Source: Macrostomum hystrix | Taxonomy: Eukaryota > Animalia > Platyhelminthes | DNA length: 64,000 bases | Assembly (NCBI GenBank): GCA_950097015.1 | Contig: CATNEN010000003.1 | Span: 8,742,001-8,806,000, forward strand | Direction: 5' to 3' | Part shown: positions 47,301-58,846 of the stretch, piece after piece | How the letters are laid out: each line of letters begins with the position of its first letter | Position numbering within the stretch: the stretch's first letter is position 1 | Notes under the pieces: generated by a model | What the model was told of the DNA's origin: nothing | The model's database searches: none | Seen by the model: only the letters and a program-made list of their open reading frames with translations | Made by a program: the position numbers and the translations under genes

Positions 47301-50300
47301 GACAATGTTCTAACGAGAGAGCCTATCTCGAGACAATTCTCTAACGAGAGTGTGGTACTCGATGCAATTTTCTAACGAGAGGGTGTTGCTTGAGACAATG
47401 TCCTAACGAGAGAGCGTTGCTCAAAACAATGTCCTAAGGAGAAAGTGTTGTTTGAGACAACGTCCTAACGAGAGAGACAATTAATGTTCGTTTTGTTTGC
47501 AGTCTTGCTTCCACAATGTCTTCTACAATTACTAACATTATTGATCAACACACGCACAGGTGCACGGCAATTTGCAACTGCACGGTAACCTATTGCAACC
47601 GTCGGATGCTCGCATAAAAATAATCGAAGATGAAATCCGACCAGCCGATCAGCTGGCCAACATTAGCCGGCTTCGCATCTACAACTACAGACGGGTTGGC
47701 GTCAGTCACGGTGTTGAAGCCTCTGAAACTCGCGACACTGGCGTCATTGCCCAGGAGGTGGCCGGCGTATTGCCAGACGCTGTGCGCAAGAGCAGCACGC
47801 AACTGGTGCCGTCAACTGGCGAGCCGTTGCTGCTAGTGAACAAGGACAGAATCTACATGGAGAATGTTGGCGCTGTGAAACAACTGGGCGAGCTCACATC
47901 CAGCATGGAGAAGCGCATTGGTGAGCTGGAGCGAATGCGAAGCAAGCTCTGCCGACTGAGGGACTCTATGAGGGCGCCTGGTGATTCAGCAGCCTCTGCG
48001 GCGACTGTCGAGTCTGGGTGAGCTGCTGTTAGTCAAATGCTCATTGGTCAAAAGGAATCGAATCCCCGACCTTCAAGTCATGAGTCAGACGTTTATCTGT
48101 TTATTTTTTTGACACCTGCAACGTAGTAACAATAATATTTACAGGAGGGCTGTGGTCAATGGCTTATCATTTGTTGACGCTAGACACGCAGCCAGCGAGA
48201 GGCAATTCTGCTCATTTCGTTTATTCCTGAGCACACACTCGCACGCACTGTGGGCAGACCCACACTCACTCAGGACTTTTGAGCAAACCGCTCTACCACT
48301 CACCCTCCGCACTGTGAGAGTGTACACCGCCTGACGACGAGAAAGTCGTGGGCAGGTGTACACACCTGTGCGAATGTGTGCCCGCCTACCGTGTGAATCT
48401 CCATGTCTTCTTCTTCTTTGATAGTTTTAAAACAAATCTAGAAATTTCCTAAAAACAGAAGCGAGATTTTTGTGGCAAAGGGGCCAATGCGCAAAGAGCG
48501 TTTCAAATTAAAGTTTTAGCATAATAATCTTAGACCTTAGACTTCTGTCTCATATCAGACTTTGTGACATAGGCCAAGCAGCATTCTGTAGTTTCGGGCA
48601 CTTCTCAGAATTCAGAAGAAAAATTCGGCGCCGAAATAATAATTAGGCAACATTTTTCTTATCTATTGAAAGCAGAATGCAGGCTAATAACTCACCAGTA
48701 ACCATATAGATAAGCTTCCAATTCTCGAAAAAAGTGCACGAAAAAAATCGAAAATTTTAAGAAATTAAGATACATTTTTATGCCTGATTGGTACTGATAA
48801 GCTTTTGCACTTTTTTCACGACTTTTACGGACTGAAAATTGTTCTCAATGTACAGTATAAAATAAATGTATAAAGATAAGAGGGCACTTACTAGGACAAA
48901 ATGCAAACAGTAGTTAAGATTTTTTAAGAAGAGTTTAAACATGTGAAAGTAAAAATCAAGCAAGAGACAATCCCATTCCAGCACGAGAAAGTCCTATTCC
49001 AGCAAAAGACAATCCTATTCCAGCAAGAGACAATCCTATTCCAGCAAGAGACAATCCTATTCCAGCAAGATACAATCCCATTCCAGCAAGAGACAATCCT
49101 ATTCCAGCAAGAGACAGTCCTATTCCAGCAAGAGAAAGTCCTATTCCAGCAAGAGACAATCCTATTCCAGCAAGAGACAATCCTATTCCAGCAAGAGACA
49201 ATCCTATTCCAGCAAGATACAATCCCATTCCAGCAAGAGACAATCCCATTCCAGCAAGAGAAAGTCCTATTCCAGCAAGAGACAATCCTATTCCAGCAAG
49301 AGACAATCCTATTCCAGCAAGAGACAATCCTATTCCAGCAAGATACAATCCCATTCCAGCAAGAGACAATCCTATTCCAGCAAGAGACAATCCTATTCCA
49401 GCAAGATACAATCCCATTCCAGCAAGAAACAATCCTATTCCAGCAAGAGACAATCCTATTCCAGCAAGAGACAGTCCTATTCCAGCAAGAGACAATCCTA
49501 TTCCAGCAAGAGACAATCCTATTCCAGCAAGAGACAATCCTATTCTAGCAAGAGACAATCCTATTCCAGCAAGAGACAATCCCATTCCAGCAAGAGACAA
49601 TCCTATTCCAGCAAGAGACAGTCCTATTCCAGCAAGAGACAATCCTATTCCAGCAAGAGACAATCCCATTCCAGCAAGAGACAATCCTATTCCAGCAAGA
49701 GACAATCCTATTCCAGTAAGAAACAATCCTATTCCAGCAAGAGACAATCCTATTCCAGCAAGAGACAATCCTATTCCAGTAAGAAACAATCCTGTTCCAG
49801 CAAGAGACAATCCTATTCCAGTAAGAAACAATCCTATTCCAGCAAGAGACAGTCCTATTCCAGCAAGAGACAATCCTATTCCAGTAAGAAACAATCCTGT
49901 TCCAGCAAGAGACAATCCTATTCCAGTAAGAAACAATCCTGTTCCAGCAAGAGACAATCCAATTCCAGCAAGAGACAATCCAATTCCAGCAAGAGACAAT
50001 CCTATTCCAGCAAGAGACAATCCTATTCCAGCAAGAGAAAGTCCTATTCCAGCAAGAGACAATCCTATTCCAGCAAGAGACAGTCCTATTCCAGCAAGAG
50101 ACAATCCTATTCCAGCAAGAGACAATCCTATTCCAGCAAGAGACAATCCTATTCCAGCAAGAGACAATCCTATTCCAGCAAGAGACAATCCTATTCCAGC
50201 AAGAGACAATCCTATTCCAGCAAGAGACAATCCTATTCCAGCAAGAGACAATCCTATTCCAGCAAGAGACAATCCTATTCCAGCAAGAGACAATCCCATT

Positions 50301-52636
50301 CCAGCAAGAGACAATCCAATTCCAGCAAAGTTTCACAATTTGTAACGCGTTTTTTTAAGAACGCTTCAAAATTTATAATAGATAAAATGTTTGTTTTGTC
50401 CCGCATTTTGTTAGTACCGGTGTCCCAAGTGCGGAGGCTGCCGCCACGACAGCGCCAGTTGAGCCGGCAGCGACGCCGAGTTCAAACAAGAGAAAAAGTT
50501 CGTCCAAAGCCTGCGGCCTGAAAATTGCCACCCTGCTGATGGCCCTGTTTACCTTTGTGAGCTGTTTACTCAGCGCTGTGGCCGTTCTAATCCTTGCTGA
50601 ACGTCTCAGTCTGGCATCATCAGCTGAGTCTTGGTCAACCGGACCTTTGGCCACTTCGACATCTTCAGCTTCGACGCTTCTAACCAATGCGCAGTCAAGA
50701 ATTTCCAGCTTGGCAACAAAATCTGGCGCCGCGACGGGTCAGGGCTCGACAATGGACCATGCGTCATCTGCGTCATTGTCGTCTTTGCCAACTTATTCGA
50801 CTACAAGAAAGCAATTGTCTGTAACTACGCCAGATCCTACTGACACAGCCATTCGGCCAAATATGTGCAACGCCGGTCATTGTCCGCCAGTTCCTTGCTG
50901 TCAATCCTCGCTGATGAAGCTTAATAAATCTTCTAATTTGTTCAGCAAAGTAAGGAAACATTCTGAAGCAGCCGATGTTATCGTCAGCCAGATTCGCTCG
51001 GCTCGACTGGCCTCGCCAAATCTCGGCGAGTGGAATCTCAGGGTGGGGCACAATGCGGGTTGTGATGCGACTGGCCACGATGGCCGATTGACTCTCCAGT
51101 TTGGTGGAGCCAGTCAAGCGTCTATTGATAGTTGTCGCGGAAGCAATATGACGCTGAACTTGACCCTGGATGCTACATTTCCATCCGACGCGGAATTGCA
51201 CCTGCGCTTAGAGACTAATCTCACCTGCTCCTATTGCAAACCGGTTACTGTCTATGGCCGATGCCTTCTAGTTGAGCATGCCGGCGACAGCCGCAGCGAC
51301 GCCGCCGATGGCGTCGGCTGCGTGCCAGTGGCTGGCTGGGGCTGCGACTGCAACCTGGGCAAGGCGGCTGCTCACCTGCGGCATTTGGCTACTTTGCGAC
51401 TGACGCCAACTGGATTGGTCAGTTTCCAAACAGCATCGGGTCACTTCCCACCGAGCTTCTCCCGCCGAGATTTTCCTACTGGGAGCTTTACCCACTAGTA
51501 GCTTTTCCTACTGGTAGCTTTACCCACTGGGAGTTTTTCCCACTGGGAGCTTTTCCTACTGGTAGCTTTTCCTACTGGTAGCTTTACCCACTGGGAGCTT
51601 TTCCTACTGGGAGCTTTACCTACTGGTAGCTTTTCCTACTGGTAGCTTTACCCACTGGTAGCTTTTCCCACTGGGAGCTTTTCCCACTGGGAGCTTTTCC
51701 CACAGGTAGCTTTTCCCACTGGGAGCTTTTCCCACTGGGAGCTTTTCCCAATGGGAGCTTTTCCCACTGGGAGCTTTTCCCACTGGGAGCTTTTCCCACT
51801 GGGAGCTTTTCCCACAGGTAGCTTTTCCCACTGGGAGCTTTTCCCAATGGGAGCTTTTCCCACTGGGAGCTTTTCCCACTGGGAGCTTTTCCCACTGGGA
51901 GCTTTTCCCACAGGTAGCTTTTCCCACTGGGAGCTTTTCCCACTGGGAGCTTTTCCCAATGGGAGCTTTTCCCACTGGGAGCTTTTCCCACTGGGAGCTT
52001 TTCCCACTGGGAGCTTTTCCCACTTTCCCACTGGGAGCTTTTCCCACTGGGAGCTTTTCCCACAGGTAGCTTTTCCCACTGGGAGCTTTTCCCACTGGGA
52101 GCTTTTCCCAATGGGAGCTTTTCCCAATGGGAGCTTTTCCCACTGGGAGCTTTTCCCACTTTCCCACTGGGAGCTTTTCCAACTGGGAGCTTTTCCCACT
52201 TTCCCACTGGGAGCTTTTCCCACTGGGAGCTTTTCCCACTGGGAGCTTTTCCAACTGGGAGCTTTTCCCACTGGGAGCTTTTCCCACAGGGAGATTTTCC
52301 TACTGGGAGCTTTTCCCACTGGGAGATTTTCCTACTGGGAGCTTTTCCCAGTGGGAGCTTTTTCTACAGGTAGCTTTTCCCACAGGTAGCTTTTCCCACA
52401 AGGCACTTTTCCCACATGTTGCTTTGGGAAAACTTTTATCCAATCGAGGCTTCCTCAGTGGGAACATTTTTGAAAGGAGAACTCATACACACACATAAAC
52501 AGACAGATTTACACAAAACAGCTAAAATGTTTTATTCCAGCACAATTCCTGCCAGTCTGATCGCGAAGACCTCGGCCACGTGTTCCTTGAGCTTCGGCTG
52601 CTGATCGAAAGACAGACCTACGGCTGCAGAGCGTAA
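44338..52636 (+). CDS. MYRF: Myelin regulatory factor homologue (NDT80-like DBD, ICA/peptidase S74, TM, luminal domain); exons ~44338-44531, 44732-~45037, ~45094-45242, 45371-45636, 45726-46352, 47560-48017, 50415-51417, 52541-52636
   Basis: ADKGFQFS...QKKNHFQ, RLHFS..T.NN.RR.G..HPDQRFF.LVVGL, VIVRASNPGQFE, GRVGINT, QPSDARIK (Ser/Lys dyad), GVIAQEV, NKDRIYMENVGAVK, TM helix near 50525-50600. Most junctions join in frame; the exon 2/3 junction is unresolved. Confidence 0.93.
46395..47480. repeat. 31-bp intronic minisatellite (GAGACAATGTTCTAACGAGAGAGCGTTGCTT)n
   Basis: Tandem units fill nearly the whole intron. Confidence 0.96.
48130..48385. mobile_element. Rearranged SINE family A copy
   Basis: 48130-48250 matches the 3' part in minus orientation; 48310-48380 matches the central hairpin in plus orientation. 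Confidence 0.65.
48961..50327. repeat. 21-bp intronic minisatellite (CAGCAAGAGACAATCCTATTC)n
   Basis: About 65 tandem units. Confidence 0.97.
51468..52415. repeat. 16-bp intronic minisatellite (GCTTTTCCCACTGGGA)n
   Basis: Tandem units; the 16-aa periodic ORFs correspond to three units. Confidence 0.96.
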
Positions 52637-53782
52637 ACTGCGAATGTATTCTAGCAGGGTACACAGGCTATAACATACATGTATAGTGTATCTTTTATAC
52701 GCATAAAAAGACTATCACGTGACAGATTATTGCAACGGAATCTTGACTACTATTGGAACATTTTCACATCTCCACATTTTTCTTGTTCGTTTTTTTAGCA
52801 CGCAATCAAAAGTGCTATATTTTTCTCGTCAGTCGTTTAGTGCTCATTCAAAAGTTTCGATCAAACCTGACCTCTAATTGCTTCATTATTCGCAGTTAAT
52901 GAGTCGTTTTTTTATTTTTCCTTCGAATTGTGAAGTCCGTTTTAGTGATTGGTTGTCCTACACCTTTGAGCAGTCCATTACTGATTGGTCAGCCACACTT
53001 GATGCAATGTGATTTGTTTACTGCTAACCATAAATCACATCACTTTAACAGTCATGTAGTGCAGTGATTGTTCGTAATCACTTCATATCCGTTTTTTTAT
53101 ATTCGTGTTAATCGGTTTTTTAAATAACTTTATCAATTACACAGCAACCCAGAGAGTAAAATTGTTTTCCTTTTGACTCGAGATACGATTTATACTTATA
53201 AATAAAGGTAACATAAAAATTGTAATGCTGATATGATATGATTGAGACAGTAATTAAACTGTTTTTGTTTTATTAGATTAGATAAAGTTATACAAGCTAA
53301 CAATTATATTCACCGCAAGAAATTGTTAACTTGTAAAAGTAAAATCTTCTTTTAATCGGCAGTTCTATGAAAGATGCACTGATAGAAGACTGGGAAAAGT
53401 ACCGCGACAAATTGGGCGATTAAAACTGACCAGACGATGTACTCCGATTGTTCACTCAGTGTCACAGTTTGGTTGCAACAGCTGTAGCTGCAATCGTTCA
53501 CCATCGCTTCGCCGGCCATTTGGTAACTATTTGTTGTAGACTGGTTAATTTGATACTTGACAAGTTATAGTTCTCATGTCGGTTAGTTAACCTAGTTACT
53601 CGTAGTTAATCGAATTGCAAAAATTTCATTTTCAACTATTTTTACCATAAACGGTTATACCTCGTGTTAATAAGAATAAAAAGGGAGATTTAAAAATGTT
53701 AATACTGCAGTTATATCACGGAATAAGTTGCACCAATAGGAAATCTTAAAACTGTTTCTCTGTCAAATAATTCGGTTAAAAC

Positions 53783-54763
53783 GAGATGAGACAGCTTGGG
53801 GAGAGGTGTGACAGGAAGAGATAAGACTCGGGAGAGATGAGACAGGAAGAGATACGACTCGGGAGAGATCAGACAGGAAGAGATAAGACTCGGGAGAGAT
53901 GAGATACGGAAGAGATAAGACTCGGGAGAGATGAGACAGGAAGAGATACGACTCGGGAGAGATCAGACTGGGAATAGATAAGACAGGGGAGAGATGAGTC
54001 AGTGGAGAGATGAGTCAGTGGAGAGATGAGTCAGGGGAGAGATGAGTCAGGGGAGAGATGCGTCAGGGGAGAGATGAGTCAGGGGAGAGATGAGTCAGGG
54101 GAGAGATGAGTCAGGGGAGAGATGAGTCAGGGGAGAGATGCGTCAGGGGAGAGATGAGACAGGGGAGAGATGAGACAGGGAATAGATAAGACTTGGGAGA
54201 GATCAGACAGGAAGAGATAAGACTCGGGAGAGATCAGACTGGGAATAGATAAGACAGGGGAGAGATGAGTCAGTGGAGAGATGAGTCAGTGGAGAGATGA
54301 GTCAGTGGAGAGATGCGTCAGGGGAGAGATGAGTCAGGGGAGAGATGAGACAGGGGAGAGATGAGACAGGGAATAGGTAAGACAGGGGAGAGATGAGACA
54401 GTGGAGAGATGAGACAGGGGAGAGATGAGACAGTGGAGAGATGAGACAGGGGAGAGATGAGACAGTGGAGAGATGAGACAGGGGAGAGATGAGTCAGGGG
54501 AGAGATGAGTCAGGGGAGAGATGAGACAGGGAGACAGGGGAGAGATGAGACAGGGGAGAGATGAGTCAGGGGAGAGATGAGTCAGGGGAGAGATGAGTCA
54601 GGGGAGAGATGAGTCAGGGGAGAGATGAGTCAGGGAGACAGGGGAGAGATGAGACAGGGGAGAGATGAGTCAGGGGAGAGATGAGTCAGGGGAGAGATGA
54701 GTCAGGGGAGAGATGAGTCAGGGGAGGCATTAGACAGAGGAGACATGAGACAGTGATGAGACA
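53783..54763. repeat. 16-bp purine-rich minisatellite (GAGATGAGTCAGGGGA)n
   Basis: Tandem units, many containing TGAGTCA. Confidence 0.93.
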
Positions 54764-54941
54764 GTATCAACAGCGACATCCCATTCTCCCATTCTCCCAA
54801 GCGACATCCAATGGTCCGATTTCTAGGGCGACATCTTATCCCTCATACTCAAAGCGACATCCCATACTCCATTCTCAAAGCGGCATTTCGTTCTCAAATT
54901 TTTCAAACCAGATCCCATTCCCCCATTCTCAAACTGATTCA

Positions 54942-55028
54942 TCAGTCTGCAGATGTTGAGTTATAGTCTGTAAATGGTCAGTTCCACCAGTGCTCAGCTT
55001 CCGGCCTTTCCAACTGGTGGAAGGCGAA
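54942..55028 (-). pseudogene. Remnant duplicate of a CUB-CTL receptor exon
   Basis: cagtctgcagatg.tg.gtta.agtctg and gtgctcagcttccggcctttccaactg...gaaggcgaa match 56467-56494 and 56550-56587, with an internal deletion. Confidence 0.7.
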
Positions 55029-55399
55029 ATTTCATTGCAAATTAACTGATAATTTTCGAAAAACCAGGAAAAAAAATACTAAAAAATGTAAAAGTAGTGG
55101 CTTGAATACTAATACTACTTCTAAAAATGTATTTTTTATATAAAAAAGCAGGCCGCAAAAAATTTAGATGCAAAAAACTTTATAAAAAGTAAAAAATTTA
55201 AAGTTAAAGTACAAAATATTTAGTGCAAAAAAGATTCGCAATATTCTACTTTCCAGTCACGGGGTACGGAGAGTAAAATTGGTTCATCAGGTTCTTCTGC
55301 AAAAATTCAGCTTTTAGTACCGGAGGAACCTGAAAACTGGCTTTGTAAATGTTACACGCTTATAAGTTTTACTCAACTGGTTTATTAGTCCTTTACTAA

Positions 55400-55577
55400 G
55401 CAACAAGGACTGCTAAACAACAAGGAATACTACACAACAAAGACTACTACACAACAAAGACTACTACACAACAAAGACTACTACACAACAAAGACTACTA
55501 CACAACAAAGACTACTACACAACAAAGACTACTACACAACAAAGACTACTACACAACAAAGACTACTACACAACAAG
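55400..55577. repeat. 17-bp minisatellite (AGACTACTACACAACAA)n
   Basis: Tandem units. Confidence 0.93.
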
Positions 55578-56007
55578 GCAAACCAGAAGCGTTGAATATC
55601 TCGACGATGCCAATATTTTGTGATTCTGGAAGTTGCTTCATCGGAAAGAGCGGAAAAAATTATCTCTTGTTCTAAATTTTCATAGCAATTGCTTGAATAA
55701 TTTGTGAGAAGCGGAAAAAAGAAAATCCGTGGGCATTTGAAATACCCACGTGGTTTTTCGACTGTTAATAACCAGTTATTAAAGAATTTACTCTCTTAAT
55801 AAATATTCTACGAGCGTAGTATATGTAGTCCAAATTTAGTTCCGAATATTTCTATTAGAGTGATTGTTTGAGTCGTTATTCGGAGTGGAAGTGCCTCCAG
55901 ATTGACTGCCTCCAGGTATAAGTGGTTGTCTATCTTGCTCGCCCGCTTCACGGTTTCCTGTAATAATGGGATTAACAGTAATAAAGAGATAGAAAGTATA
56001 ACAAAAT

Positions 56008-56100
56008 AACACACACACACAAAAGCGTGTGGCCTTGCTGAGGAATCGAGCTCAGGGACCTTGGTGCGAGAGGCAGACGCGTTAGCCACTCACCCCGCCT
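56008..56100 (-). mobile_element. SINE family A, tRNA-like head only
   Basis: ggcggggtgagtggctaacgcgtctgcctctcgcaccaaggtccctgagctcgattcctcagcaaggccac on the minus strand. Confidence 0.75.
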
Positions 56101-56737
56101 CCTTAATAAAGATCTAATATACATCCCGGTAATTATGGGGATTAACGAAAATATTTTGATTACCTTGGAGGTCTGGATCAACGACAGCGGCTGGATCAAC
56201 GACAGCGGCTGGATCAACGACAGCGGCTGGATCAACGACAGCGGCTGGATCAACGACAGCGACTGGATCAACGATAGGTTCTGGATCAACGACAGGGTTT
56301 GGATCAAGGACAGGGCCACCAGGCTGCTGGCGATTGACTCGCTTAATTATCACCAAAACAATTATAACAAGTGCTAGGATGACAAGCAGCAGTATGGACG
56401 CTGCGAAGTTCGACACGGTGTTGACAAGTGTCAGCGAAGGCATGGCGCTGAAATCTGTTGACGCCTCAGTCTGCAGATGCTGGGTTAGAGTCTGCCAGAC
56501 CGGATAGAAATTGTCAGCGCCACCAACAGGAGCTGAGCACGCAAAATAGTGCTCAGCTTCCGGCCTTTCCAACTGTATGAAGGCGAACTCGGTTGGACGC
56601 ATGAGACCGAAGCGCTCTTCTGTGTCACAGGCGGGCATCGATGATCCAGGAAAGCTTGATCGACATGTCACTATGTCCCTGTCAGTACTGCGGGTTATAC
56701 AGAGTCTGTCTAAACTGGTCTTCTTTACCCCCTTGAA

Positions 56738-56962
56738 TTCTCATTACCTCACCGCGATTTCTCATTATCTCACATTGATTTCTTCTTAACTCACAGTGAT
56801 TTCTCATAATCTCACATTGATCTCTCATTATCTCACCGCGATTTCTCATTATCTCACATTGATTTCTTCTTAACTCACATTGATTTCTTATAATCTCACA
56901 TTGATTTCTTATAATCTCACATTGATCTCTTATTATCTCAAATTGGTCTCTCATTACCTCAC
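56738..56962. repeat. 21-bp intronic minisatellite (TCTCACATTGATTTCTCATTA-like)
   Basis: About 10 diverged units. Confidence 0.85.
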
Positions 56963-57391
56963 CTTTAAGTCTTACGTTACTGAAGTATCTAGCTGGCCTC
57001 TAATTTTCTAATCTCGAACTCTCACAATATCGCCTTGATCCCTCATTATCTCACCTTGATCTAATATTGATCCAGTTCCATTTGTCTTTACCTTACTAGC
57101 TTTCAATTTTTTTCATCTCACAAACTATTGGCTAGATGTGAGATCTCACCTATCCACCTGTTCGGGAGTGCCGTCGAGCCAGTACAGACTGGATGAGGGA
57201 ACCTTGGAGTTGTTGCTAACCAGGCCGATCCACACGGGCTCGGGATATCGCAGGCGCAGCTTCTGAATCAGTAGAGACACCGTCTTAGTGCTCTCCAAGA
57301 GCAAATTGACCGAATTTTGAAACTGATGAAAAAAGAGTGTGAATTCTGGAAGATTAGGCATTTTCACGGCAGCTTGGGGAGACAATGGGCA

Positions 57392-58846
57392 TGGGAACTT
57401 AAGGGAGAATGGGAATCTCTAAGGGAACTTAAGGGATAATGGGGATCTCTAAGGCAACTTGAGGGAGAATGGGATCTCTAAGGGAACTTGAGGGATAATG
57501 GGGATCTCTAGGGGAACTTAAGGGATAATGGGGATCTCTAGGGGAACTTGAGGGATAATGGGGATCTCTAAGGGAACTTGATGGAGAATGGGGATCTCTA
57601 AGGGAACTTGAGGGAGAATGGGATCTCTAAGGGAACTTGAGGGATAATGGGGATCTCTAGGGGAACTTGAGGGATAATGGGGATCTCTAGGGGAACTTAA
57701 GGGATAATGGGGATCTCTAGGGGAACTTGAGGGATAATGGGGATCTCTAAGGGAACTTGATGGAGAATGGGGATCTCTAGGGGAACTTGAGGGATAATGG
57801 GGATCTCTAAGGGAACTTGAGGGAGAATGGGATCTCTAAGGGAACTTGATGGAGAATGGGGATCTCTAGGGGAACTTGAGGGATAATGGGGATCTCTAAG
57901 GGAACTTGAGGGAGAATGGGATCTCTAAGGGAACTTGAGGGATAATGGGGATCTCTAGGGGAACTTAAGGGATAATGGGGATCTCTAGGGGAACTTGAGG
58001 GATAATGGGAATCTCTAAGGGAACTTCAGGGAGAATGGGGATCTCTAAGGGAACTTGAGGGATAATGGGGATCTCTAGGGGAACTTAAGGGATAATGGGG
58101 ATCTCTAGGGGAACTTGAGGGATAATGGGAATCTCTAAGGGAACTTCAGGGAGAATGGGGATCTCTAAGGGAACTTAAGGGATAATGGGGATCTCTAGGG
58201 GAACTTGAGGGATAATGGGGATCTCTAAGGGAACTTGATGGAGAATGGGGATCTCTAGGGGAACTTGAGGGATAATGGGGATCTCTAAGGGAACTTGAGG
58301 GAGAATGGGATCTCTAAGGGAACTTGAGGGATAATGGGGATCTCTAGGGGAACTTAAGGGATAATGGGGATCTCTAGGGGAACTTGAGGGATAATGGGAA
58401 TCTCTAAGGGAACTTCAGGGAGAATGGGGATCTCTAAGGGAACTTGAGGGATAATGGGGATCTCTAGGGGAACTTAAGGGATAATGGGGATCTCTAGGGG
58501 AACTTGAGGGATAATGGGGATCTCTAAGGGAACTTGATGGAGAATTGGGATCTCTAGGGGAACTTAAGGGATAATGGGGATCTCTAGGGGAACTTGAGGG
58601 ATAATGGGGATCTCTAAGGGAACTTGATGGAGAATGGGGATCTCTAGGGGAACTTGAGGGATAATGGGGATCTCTAAGGGAACTTGAGGGAGAATGGGAT
58701 CTCTAAGGGAACTTGAGGGATAATGGGGATCTCTAGGGGAACTTAAGGGATAATGGGGATCTCTAGGGGAACTTGAGGGATAATGGGAATCTCTAAGGGA
58801 ACTTCAGGGAGAATGGGGATCTCTAAGGGAACTTGAGGGATAATGG
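57392..58846. repeat. 30-bp G-rich intronic minisatellite (GGGAACTTGAGGGATAATGGGGATCTCTAR)n
   Basis: About 48 tandem units. Confidence 0.97.

Noticed and set aside
48943-50336. Long repetitive ORFs (QQETILF / LSLAGIG / WNRIVSC)
   Set aside because: They lie within a MYRF intron whose flanking exons join in frame (48017/50415); artefact of a 21-bp unit.
51616-52498. GKAPSGKSSQWEKLPV repeat ORFs
   Set aside because: Translation of an intronic 16-bp minisatellite; MYRF splices across it (51417/52541).
56030-56100. Functional tRNA gene
   Set aside because: Degenerate T-loop (GCTCGA) and poor acceptor stem; it is the head of SINE family A.
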